This document shows positions 13,283 to 24,000 of a DNA stretch of 64,000 nt, piece after piece; the first letter of the stretch is position 1; each line of letters opens with the position of its first letter. A program made the translations under genes and the position numbers. This DNA is from Yuukianura sp. NJ FZ-2021 (Eukaryota). The DNA lies in NCBI GenBank assembly GCA_046563655.1, contig CM102286.1, positions 8,618,001 to 8,682,000 on the forward strand, given 5' to 3'. The notes beneath the pieces were generated by a model. That model ran no database searches. It saw nothing but the letters and a program-made list of their open reading frames with translations, and was not told where the DNA came from.

Positions 13283-13500
13283 GTTAACTAATAAAAATTT
13301 ATTTCCACTCATCGTCAACACGTAATGACGTTAAGGTTCTTTAATTTATAAAAGTATCGTCAGTATTCATGAAAACTTGGTTCATAAATACATACGTTAT
13401 ATATATGAACAACAAGGGTCGAGATGGCGCAAGACCAACGGGTTGCCAAGGTTTAAAAAAATCTTGTACAATCAAGGGCTCGTTCCCCATCAAATGACAT
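13283..13500 (-). pseudogene. Second, diverged copy of the SMAD4/Medea last codons and 3' UTR
   Basis: Aligns by eye to 32978-33190 (AACTAAT.AATTTATTTCCACTCATCGT...CAATCAAGGGCTCGT); minus frame MSFDGERALD vs MPIDGAGARALD. Confidence 0.7.
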
Positions 13501-14231
13501 TGAATTGAATTGAGAGGAATTCTAAATCATCACCTTCACTTCTGAAAATTTCATATGCATGAAAATTCATAAACACTTCCCAAGCGTTTCCCACTTCTGG
13601 TAATAGGCTAAGAGGATTACGACAAAATTCTGAGGATTCAGAGTTTTCAGAAGATTCAGAGGATTGGTCAGGCCCGTTTAATTTTAGCCGTTTTGACGAG
13701 AAAGAAACAAAGAAACGGGGAGCAAGAACAAGACGACAAACAGAAGAAGAATTCTCCGTAGAATCGTTAATTGCGAGCACAATGGGCTTGAGATCAAAAA
13801 TTTGAATCCGGATTTGACGGATTTTTTGTTCAATTTCAGGGCATGGAGAATTGGAAAATTGACGTCGAAAACCGAAAAATTGAGTTAACATATAAAATAA
13901 TTTCGAAAATTAAGTTAATCAAAAATGAGCATTCCTGACGTCGTTATCCAATTTGATGGTACTTGGAGTATAAAACCAAGGTTGTTTTGTTCTTAATTTT
14001 GAAAAACAAAAAAAAAATTCTAATGGGAATGTGTATTCTACAATTTAACCTATGTATTCTAGAATCCGGATTTAAACCGGATTTTTTTAATGAAAACCTG
14101 TCAAAATCCGAACTCCGGATTTCTCAAAAGCAGTGACGGATTTAAACCACTAATTGAATGCCATGGGCCGAAGATTATTTGAAAAAATTTTCATAGCTTC
14201 AAAGGTTAGGTTCAAATCAAATTCTAGGTCC

Positions 14232-14666
14232 TAAGAAATTACGATTGGAAACTGCGCGGTGGTCTTGAGCTGACCTCTGCTGAATACACAACTTCAAATT
14301 CTAGCTTCAAATCAGAGTGAACATTTTATCTGTATATTTTTCTGTTCAGATTGTCCTCTTCCTTGTATTAACTCAAATTTTCATGCATTTTACTGGAGGA
14401 AACGGAAACATTGATCTCAATATTGGGTTCTGCATTTCGAAACAGTGTCCTGTACCACAATCTATTTCGCATTTCAGATCTTAGTTTTACAATTTAAGGA
14501 ACAAGGTAATAAATGCAAATACATTTTATACATTATGCAAAAAAAGCTAATTCTAAACTAATTTTTGCCGGTGCAAGACGTCTTCTTTGTTTATTTTGAG
14601 AAGTTGTGTTGTTAAGCAGAGGTCAGCTCAAGACCACATCGCAGTTTGAAATCGCAAGTTCTTACG
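14232..14666. mobile_element. Diverged MITE upstream of the TEP gene
   Basis: Inverted repeat AACTGCG..GTGGTCTTGAGCTGACCTCTGC / GCAGAGGTCAGCTCAAGACCAC..CGCAGTT. Confidence 0.55.
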
Positions 14667-17059
14667 AAACGTGAAATGATTAAAAAGTCTTCTGCATAGG
14701 CTAAGGGCTAATAATTCCAAGGTTTTGCTGCGCGTTTTAGCTAAAAATCACAGTTGAAGTAAACTTTGGCCTTGATATATATTGATATCAATTTCCAAGA
14801 ATACCGTTTTTCTTACGATTTTTTTAAATTTTGTTTTTGTGTAATAAAAATAATATTACTAAACTGAGGGTTTTTTTCATTTGGCAAGTCAGTAACAGTT
14901 TGTCACTTGGTTTGAATAAAACAACATAAAATATATCTCCATGTACTAGGAGTACCTCACTTCACAAAATGGAGTTCAAAGCCGTATTTTGGCTTATAAT
15001 ATTTATGTCAGGATCCATACAAGCTGGGTTAACACAAGTAAGACAAATCAAATTGTATTTGAGAAATATTTCCGAAATGACAGGAATGTATTATAACTAA
15101 ACATAAAGAAAACGTAAAAGGAGCACGGAACATATTAGAATGTTTCAAAAGTTAATGAAGTTCATTAAGTAAATCAATCACTATTACTAAATGTTGACTC
15201 ATATATTTAAGCGTCAGAAAGGTAGAAATAAATATTACTATATGTATAGTATGGAATATGGATATTTTATTTCACTCTTTTTACATAGGAAAATCCATCA
15301 GTATCCGGACCTTATATTCTCGTGGCCCCTAAAATAATTGTGCCTTCTTGGAACTACACCATTTTGGTTAGCAGAAACCCGTTTCAGCCAGGAAATGAAG
15401 TTTGCCACATTTCTGTTGCGATTGAATGTAAATTTGAATGCACCCGAACAACAACTTACACGGAATTACTAGCTAATTTTACGCTGATATCAGCTGATTC
15501 GCAGAGTGCAACCCTTGCCATACCTCAATTTTTATCATCTCAGTACTACCACTCTTGTCACCTTGTTCTAACAAATATAAAAAATGGAATGGAATTTGAA
15601 CGGCGTGAACTAACGCTTTCGTCGTTGCTAAGTATTGGACTGGATTCCAAAATTTTGATGCAGTTGGACAAACCAGCTTACAAGCCCCTCGATACCGTAC
15701 GGCTCCGATTAGTCGTCCTCGACAAATTCAACCTTCCGGATCTGCATCCTCAAAATATCCAGGTGAGATCGAAAAAATTATTTATACATTCCCGGAAATA
15801 TGAGCATATAAAATGATGTTTTCTAAAACTAAATTATCTGAATTTCAAGGTGACTTTTCACGACCCCAATGGCTTTACTATGAAAAAATGGCCTAAAAAC
15901 AACAATAATATAACGATGGATCAGAATGGCCTCATGAACCTGGAATTGCAGTTGGCCGATGAGCTTGTCTATGGTAGGAAATTACACAAAAATTACAGTC
16001 GGATTAAACATAAAACAATGAAAATAAGATCGTAAACGAAAATGAAATGAAAGGAAAATGAAACCTTCGAACTGTGCTTGGCTTCTGAAAATTTTTCTTG
16101 AACTCAGTCGAACTGCGCTTTCCCCAAAACTCTGCAGAGTTTTTGGGCGTGTGTCAGGCGCGGTTCGAAAATTTCGACCCCTAAGGTCCGGCGAACCAAA
16201 AATTTACGTCTCTGCATATTAGTTATGACATAACCGTACCATATAAATGTTATGACAAAAATCTAATTTACATTTTTAGGTACTTGGAAGATTGAAGTTT
16301 CAGCCAATGGTAAAACCGTCGCAAAGAATTTCGTGATAGATCGCTATGCCATGCCCAAGTTCGAGTTAACATTTTTCGTCCACCCAAAACCATACATCAC
16401 AAAAGACACTACAACCCTCCGGGTCGACGTCAGCGCCACACACAGTTCCAAAAAACCCCTGGATGGACGGCTAGTTTTGTCACTTCTAAATCCATCTGCT
16501 CCTACTACAAATACTACAAAAGTCGTGCAATTGACCAATGGCAGAGCAGCATTCACTTTCAATCCCGTACGGGAACTTAGCACAGATTTGGTCAAAGAAG
16601 GAGTTCAGCTTGAACTTCATGCTAATGCATCGGAAGCCAGAACTGGTCGGTCCCAGGCTGCGGTTCACGTCATTCCTGTTTTCGCTAACGATCCATTCAA
16701 AATAACATGGCTCAATCCAATCAGTTTTTACAAACCGGGAATTCCAATCACTCTGAAGCTGGCTGTTTCGGATTTTGAGAATATGCCGGTCGTTGACGGA
16801 AACTCAAATGCCATCAAGGTCACAAGCAAAATTGGTTCCGGTTTTACTTTATTTCAACGCACAGCTTTGCCTATTCCTGTGAGTGGCATCGTTACTTTTC
16901 TCCTTCACCAGCCTCCAACAGGTCAAGAGTTCCAGTCAATCACGGTTCAGTAGAAAGACACAATTCTGGATATCCCGCGACCAAGAAGAGTTGTGTCATC
17001 AGACCAATCTGGAACAAACTACTTAAATCTACTTCTTGAGACTCGGGCGGAAGAAATGA

Positions 17060-17680
17060 TGTGAGGAGGTTACTCCCTCTCCCGTCCGAAAATCATTTCT
17101 TTTTAGTCTTGGTTTCTAATGAAACCAAGACTCCTCCCCAAGTCCAGTATTTTCCCCCACTAGCCCTTGCCATGCTCCTGCAAAGGAACATGACAAGGCG
17201 TTTTTCCCACTACGCCGTGTGTTTTCCCCATTGCCGAATCCCCCAAACCACCTTCGAGAAGATTCGAGAACTTTCTGCCTGTGAACAGGCAGAAGCCCAA
17301 TCCCACTTCCTCCTGGCAGTCTCCCTCCAGTCACCGAGCCGTGCAGTCCACGACTCAGCTCTCTCCACCGGCAGCCATACTTCTTTTTGGTCAGTGGACC
17401 ACGCCGTGACCCCAACCATCACTGGACAAGACCCACCAAGCACTGTACAAGACCCACCAAGCACTGGACAAGACTCACCAAGCACTGGACCCTCTCTCAC
17501 CATACTGGTTTATCGTTTTTTTCAATTATTTTCGTTAAAATAAAGTTTTCCTCTTGTTTTCCCCATTATCCGCCCCTTTGTCACCGATTTATTTGTGTCC
17601 AGGTCACTCTGGTGACCTGTCCTTGACCTCTCATTCCGGGTGCCCTTTGTGGCGGCCCGTGAGGAGCCTACCTCCTCATA
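17060..17680 (+). repeat. Gypsy 5' LTR
   Basis: TGTGAGGAGGT...ACCTCCTCATA; 21-bp tandem repeat CACTGGACAAGACCCACCAAG at about 17420-17490; AATAAA at about 17539. Confidence 0.97.
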
Positions 17681-17682
17681 TG

Positions 17683-17700
17683 TGGGGCCTCAGACGGGCT
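17683..17700 (+). promoter_or_regulatory. Primer-binding site, tRNA-Pro-like (imperfect)
   Basis: TGGGGCCTCAGACGGGCT two bases after the LTR resembles the tRNA-Pro PBS TGGGGGCTCGTCCGGGAT. Confidence 0.5.
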
Positions 17701-19125
17701 ATATTTGACCTTTGACCCCAACCTGACCCCAAACCCAAACCTCACTCCCACATCCGAATTCATTTTTGTTTTTTTTTTCAGCTTATTTTTTGGTTCATTT
17801 TTATTTATTCTTTTTCGATTTTTTTCAGCTTCCTTTTGAGCCAAGGAAGCGAGAGCCACCGATTTGTCTTCTGAGCCACCGATTGTCTTCTGAGCCACCG
17901 ACTTTCTTCTGAATCGTCTTCCCCCTTTGAGCGACAACTGAGCCACGTCATCAGAGTCAACAACCGAAGAGCCACCAAGGTCAAACTAAGGTCAGGTTGT
18001 TGTTTTTCTGCGTTGTAGCGCCCCACCCCCCGGCGTTTATCCCCCTGCTCCCTTAAAGTGACCCCATTTTTCGCGCTAAATCGCTTTCCCTAAACCTCCC
18101 CCGCGCAAAATTTTTTCAAAATTTAAAAACTTAGCGTTTTTTTCGTCCCCACCAGCCCCACCAAAGTCCAAAAATAGTCCCACTACCAGATAAAGTCATT
18201 GACTCTCCTCCAAGTGACCTTCCCTTCCCTAAGCCTTACCTTAAATTGAAATTCTAAATCCCTAAACAAAACCCTGTCCAAAATTTTCTAAAATTTCAAA
18301 TACTTTGCCGATTTTTCAAAAATTTTGTACCCCCCCCACTGAACAATACCTAAATTGGCTTTCCCTCACCCCGTAACAGAACTCTGCCCAAATTTTTCCC
18401 AATTCCCAAAACTTAGCAAGTTTTTCAATTTGTTTATCCGCCCCTTCGCCCCCCCCCTATTGAAACATAACCCAATTTGGAATTCCCTCACTTCGTACCA
18501 AAACGCTGCCCGATTTTCCAAAAAGTTAAAACACTTAGCGGTTTTTTGGCCCAAGTCCCACTGGGTATCCTCCCAACTGCCACATCCAACTACACAGTCT
18601 GCGCCGATCGCAGTCACTTGCGACTTGGACGCAACCAGGTGCGACTTTTTCCCAGACTCATCGGATAATTCCCCAATTGCGATTTCGCATATCCCCACGA
18701 CGCAGTACCCCACCTAATCGTCGGAATTCTTCGGATTTCTCGGATTTTCAATTCCAAAAGCCCTTACCCACCCCAAATTTGCTCAAAGTCGGTGTGTTAT
18801 GGTTCAACCCTCCCCTCTTTTGGTTGAATTCTTTCTTTGGTTTTGCGGTGTGTTAATTTGGCTCTCGTTAGCCAAAGTGACTACTGCACTTTTGGTTTTC
18901 GCGTGTTTTTGGCTCATTCTTCATCGGATTTAAAAGGTTTTGGTGGAATTTGGTGAAAACCATAGCCCCATAGCCCATCTTCGTTTCTCTAATAATTTTC
19001 TTTTGTTCCTAGGTTTTTGGTATTTAAATTTATAAATAATTTAGCCCCTAATTAAGAAAACAATTATTTTTTTGTCCAATTACTAATTCTCCCTATATTT
19101 TAGAAAAGTATCCCCGCTCCCCCGA

Positions 19126-19245
19126 ATGATTGAAACGACCGTGTGGCTAATCCTGGTCCTGGTACTCACTGTCATCTACGAAGTCCTACGAACCATTTTG
19201 GAACGATTCCTCCTCCGACAACTGAGACGGCTGTTCCCCCAGTAG
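19126..19245 (+). CDS. 39-aa single-pass membrane sORF upstream of gag (below ORF-track cutoff)
   Basis: MIETTVWLILVLVLTVIYEVLRTILERFLLRQLRRLFPQ*: hydrophobic stretch then Arg-rich tail; splice-acceptor-like TTCTCCCTATATTTTAG ending 19103; C-rich tract before the ATG. Confidence 0.6.
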   Translation: MIETTVWLILVLVLTVIYEVLRTILERFLLRQLRRLFPQ

Positions 19246-19299
19246 CAAGTTACTTCGAGTAACTGTTGAAAAACCCCCCCCCGCCCCTGACCCCCACCC

Positions 19300-19674
19300 A
19301 TGTGGAACTTTCTCTACTGGTTGCGATTGTCCCTGATCTTAGTCCTTTCCCTGGTTGGCATCTATTTGGGTGCCCATCTCATTTTTGGCTGTTACTTCCT
19401 CCTAACCTCAGCAACTAAGAGTTGTTTTTACGGAACCCTAGCCACTGTCATTGACTTTCTGGTTCTCCACCTGTTCCCCATTTACCGATTGCGACAATAC
19501 CCAAACGAATACCAGATCTTTCTGAAAGTCCTACCCTATACCGAAGCCTACTATTACATTGCCCTAATAGTACGGTTAAACCACTACCATTGGAGTTGGT
19601 TTGGTCCCTGGTACAGAACCCTTCTTGTCATCTTTGCCCGTTACCAAGGACTACTTGTCATTGACGAGTATTAA
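19300..19674 (+). CDS. 124-aa hydrophobic, probably multi-pass membrane ORF upstream of gag
   Basis: ATG-initiated intact ORF with several hydrophobic segments, rich in W/Y/F/L; ends 18 nt before the gag ATG. Confidence 0.7.
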   Translation: MWNFLYWLRLSLILVLSLVGIYLGAHLIFGCYFLLTSATKSCFYGTLATVIDFLVLHLFPIYRLRQYPNEYQIFLKVLPYTEAYYYIALIVRLNHYHWSWFGPWYRTLLVIFARYQGLLVIDEY

Positions 19675-19692
19675 CCCCCCCCCTTCCCAAAA

Positions 19693-21048
19693 ATGGTGTG
19701 GTTCAGTACCCATTACGCCCCGGAGATCCAACCCCAACCCCGCCAAAGACGAAACAGTCAGACAAACACTGTTGCTATGCCAGTCCCAGCCGCCTCAACC
19801 CAAGGTACGTCAATTCCAGTACCCACCAGTATTCCCCGCCCAGTAACCCCTACGCCCAATGTATCCCCCAGAGCAGCAGGAAGTTTCCCCAATGCAGCCC
19901 AAATGGTGTCCCCTCCCCAAGCCCTGGCCAATCAACAAGATTCCCGCCCTGACATCAAAGTTTTCAAGTACATTCGAAAATATGATGGGAGCAGTGACCC
20001 AGCCGAATTCCTTGCCCGTTACAAGTACGATCTAGCTGACTCTGGTTTTGGTCCCAAAGGAGCCCTTTGCCATTTCGACCGTGTAGTAACTGGAGTTGCT
20101 CAGTCTTGGTTTGCATCCGTGTGGCCAAGACTACGCGAACGAATCGAAACTCCCAATGCCAACTACGAAGAAATCTGGAACGACTTCGAATTGCGGTTCG
20201 TTGCTCATTTTTCCCTACGCGAACGAGCTGAAGAGCTTCGTAACATCAACAAAGCCCTACGCTACAAACTGGGTGACAACATCGACAAGTACGTTGCAGA
20301 AAAGCTGGAACTAATGTCCAAGATCAACCCCTACATGAGCGAAGAATCCAAAGTCAAACGTCTTGTCCGCGGTTTACCCCCAGACTTAGAACAGTCTTTC
20401 GTTCTCCAGTCCATCCCCACTACTGCTGATTTCCAAAAGCTTCTGCGCAGAGTCGCAGAAGTTCATACCCGCCCCAAAGAAGTTTCAGCCCAAGTCCTTA
20501 CCCTCCATGCTCTGGAATCTGGAAATAACCCCCCACCCCAGCCCTATTACCCCCCAGTTGGTACACAACCAGCTCCCCAGTACCCAGTACAGCAGCCAGT
20601 CTCTCAGTACCAAACCCAGACCCTAATTCCCGCAGCACAAGCAGCCGGACAGACACAGCCACAACGTAGACGTGCAGAAGATGGACGTCCTATTTGCGAC
20701 TTTTGTAGTCGCACAGGCCACATCCAACGTTATTGCCACAACTGGTGGAGAAGCCAAGGCAAGGATCCCCTCGCCAACGGATGTCACCCCCTCAAACCCC
20801 GTCCCACACAGCCGCAAGGTTATGGTCAGTTCCCACAGCAGCCTGTGTCCTATGCTCAGGCTGTTGCCCCCCAGACTTCTGTGGTTTACAAACCATCCCC
20901 TGGACCCTCCCAAGCCCCACAAACTGCTCCAAACCCCCAAAACCCAGACGACCATTGGGGTCCCCGGATTATCCAAGGCTTTTCTGCCATGACTGATCTC
21001 CTCAAGAAGATTGGAGATGCCATTGTTCCCAAGCCACCGGAAAACTAA
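19693..21048 (+). CDS. gag: Gag (capsid plus CCHC nucleocapsid)
   Basis: KYDGSSDPAEFL...AQSWF...WNDFELRFVAHF capsid motifs; CDFCSRTGHIQRYC knuckle. Confidence 0.93.
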   Translation: MVWFSTHYAPEIQPQPRQRRNSQTNTVAMPVPAASTQGTSIPVPTSIPRPVTPTPNVSPRAAGSFPNAAQMVSPPQALANQQDSRPDIKVFKYIRKYDGSSDPAEFLARYKYDLADSGFGPKGALCHFDRVVTGVAQSWFASVWPRLRERIETPNANYEEIWNDFELRFVAHFSLRERAEELRNINKALRYKLGDNIDKYVAEKLELMSKINPYMSEESKVKRLVRGLPPDLEQSFVLQSIPTTADFQKLLRRVAEVHTRPKEVSAQVLTLHALESGNNPPPQPYYPPVGTQPAPQYPVQQPVSQYQTQTLIPAAQAAGQTQPQRRRAEDGRPICDFCSRTGHIQRYCHNWWRSQGKDPLANGCHPLKPRPTQPQGYGQFPQQPVSYAQAVAPQTSVVYKPSPGPSQAPQTAPNPQNPDDHWGPRIIQGFSAMTDLLKKIGDAIVPKPPEN

Positions 21049-24000
21049 TAGCGCTGTCGTTGCAGGGACGACAGCCGCTTCCAGTCCCATCCCCTACTAT
21101 GACCTTACCACCAAATAATGCCCAACTAAGAACCAAAAGACGTAAAAACAAACAACCAACTTTCCCAATTTACAAGAACTTGTCGGCTTTTGGCAGAAAG
21201 CCTAGTTCTCAAAGTCCAGTTATTCCCCAAGAGTTATACACCAAACTCCAACAAGCCCTAAATCAAAAAGTGTCCTGTCCCAAATGTTGTTCCCACAATG
21301 ACCGTACTTTACCCTTAGTCGTTGGGGAGGCAAGCCCACCCTCTCCACACGATTTTCCCGCCGTTTCCAGACCCAAATCCCGTTGTGTGCCTTCCGATGT
21401 TTCCGTAAAGCCTGTCGTTTCCGTAGCCATTGGTACTTCTGACCTTTGTGTTTTCCCCCCATTGAACCCCCCAGCCGTTATGCCCCCTCCATGCCCCGAG
21501 TTTTCGTTGACCTCCAGATTTGGGATCCATCCGAACAATGTGAGCCGAGTTGATGATTGGGTTGCTACAGCCAGTCCAGACGCAGACGCAGTTTCCCCCG
21601 TATTTCCGCCCCAAGCCCCAATGTCCCCAGACCCAGACTCTGACCTACCCTGTGGTGTTTCCGCCGCGAATGTAATAGCCGCCCTCAATGCCCCAAAGTA
21701 TTCCACCTTCCATATTGACGTCGTCTTTGCCTCAACTACCATTCCAGTCCTTTGCGATAGCGGAGCATCGCTCTGTTGTGTCCATCCCAGTTTCTTGACC
21801 AAATTCCCCAGCGTTGTTTCCAATGTGAACAATGTTCAACCCGTAAGGGTTAAGCTGTCTTTTGGAAGTTACATTCCATGCGATTCCCTCCAATCAGTCG
21901 ACATTGAGTTTTCCATTGCTGGCGTCCCCTTCAAATATCCCTTCCATATTTTCCCCCATTTGTCTAACGACATAGTCATCGGTTCGGATTTTCTCCGTTC
22001 CGAGCGGCTTCTCCTTGACCCCCTTAACGAACGCCTTGTACGAGGTGAACTCCCATGCACTGATCTCAGAAATGAGTATGTGCTAGTCAAGAAGTCCGAC
22101 TTTAATGCCCTCCACAAGCTGTCTCTGTCCGATTCGTCGGATAGAGATGGTTCAGATCCCTCCAGTTCACCCCCCGAACCCCCAGTCCCCAAACCCAGAA
22201 AAGTAAAGCCCAAACCCCCTAAAGAGTCTCCAAAGTGTCAGCCCAAACCCCAGAGTTCGTCCGAAAATTCCGATTCTTCCCACCATAGCACTTTACGTGA
22301 CTCCGAAGCATCCTTCGTTGATAATTCCAATTTGTCCCAAAGTGCCACTTCGCCTGACTTTCTCCGGTTGGCTCGTTCCTACATCATCAATCCACGGACC
22401 ATGAAACGCGTCAGCGTTCGGTCAGATACTCCGTTCACCGGGGATATCCTAATTTCTCCACGAAAAGAGCTGCAATATGCTCGTCACGTCGCCATAGGAA
22501 ATTCAATTTCCCACTTACACGATGGCACTGGAGTTACCTACCTCTGGAACTTGAGCGACCGGCCAGTCAAACTTCTACAAAATATCTCCATTGGCACCTA
22601 CGAACCCTTTGCAGAATCCTCTGTGATCTGTAACCTTGACGAATTCGACCCTGTAAATAACAAATCTTCCCAATCTTCCCTCCCAGCGCATTCGATCTGT
22701 AATTTTGTCGTCAATGATGACGACGATGCCGAAATAACGGCTCTGAGACTTCAAAAACGGATCGATGCGTTCCAAATTTCCAAAACCCTAACCCCCGAAC
22801 AGCAAGCGAAAATGAAAAATTTCCTTGTTTCCAACATGGATGTTTTCAACTTTGACCCCAAAACCCTAGGACGAACTCATCTTGTTACCCACAAAATAGA
22901 CACTGGAGATGCCCCTCCCATTCGTACCCATCCCCACAGAACTGGGTTCACTGAAAGACGTGAAATCCAGAAAGAAGTTGAAAGACTTCTAGACCTTGGA
23001 GCGATTACCCCGAGTGACAGTCCCTGGTGTTCCCCCGTCCTTCTGGTTAAAAAGCCAGATAATAGCTGGAGGTTCTGCGTGGATTTCCGCAAGCTCAATG
23101 AAGTTACCCGAAAAGATTCCTACCCCCTCCCCAGAATAGACGATACCCTTGATCGTCTCAACGGCGCCAAGTACTTCTCTTCGATGGACTGCGACCAAGC
23201 CTACTACCAAATCGAGGTTGACCCCCAGGATCGCGAAAAGACAAGTTTCGTAACCCCCGACGGACAATATGAGTTTGTCGTCATGCCCTTTGGTCTGTGT
23301 AATGCCCCCAGTACGTGGCAGCGTCTCATAGACAATGTCTTGGGACGTTTAAAATGGACAGTTGCCCTAATCTACCTTGACGACATTACTTGTTTTTCCC
23401 GTACATTTGAGGAGCACCTTGACCACCTTTCCCAAGTCTTCTCTTGCCTTCGACGTGCTGGACTCAGTCTGAAGCCGAAGAAGTGCAATTTTGGAGAAGA
23501 TTCCCTCAAATTCCTTGGCCACATAATTTCCCGCGACGGAATTTCCGTTGACCCCGCCAAAACCCACGCAGTTCGAGAGTTCCCCACCCCCAAAAATTCC
23601 CGAGGTGTAAGATCGTTCGTGAGTTTGTGTAGTTACTACCGCAGATTTGTAGAGAACTTTGCGAACATTGCCCGTCCCCTCCATGTCCTCTGCGCAAAAA
23701 CCCGAACTGACCCCTTTACTTGGCCCCCAGAAGCTGAAGAAGCTTTCCAAACCCTCAAAGACAAATTGACCTCAGCCCCTGTCTTAGCGTTTCCTGATGA
23801 GGAAGCGGAGACAGCGGTTCATTGCGACGCGTCAGGACTCGGTTTTGGTGCTACGTTGACCCAGATGCAAGATGGACAAGAAAGAGTCGTCGCCTACGCG
23901 TCCCGTGCCCTTTCCCCTTCCGAATCCAAATTTGGTACTCCCCAGCTCGAAATGAAAGCGTTCGTTTGGGCAGTTGAAAAATTCCGTCCCTATCTCTACG

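Noticed and set aside
17061..17626. 160-aa and other ORFs duplicated at 27241-27806
   Set aside because: They lie within the identical LTRs, mostly use non-ATG starts and show no protein motifs
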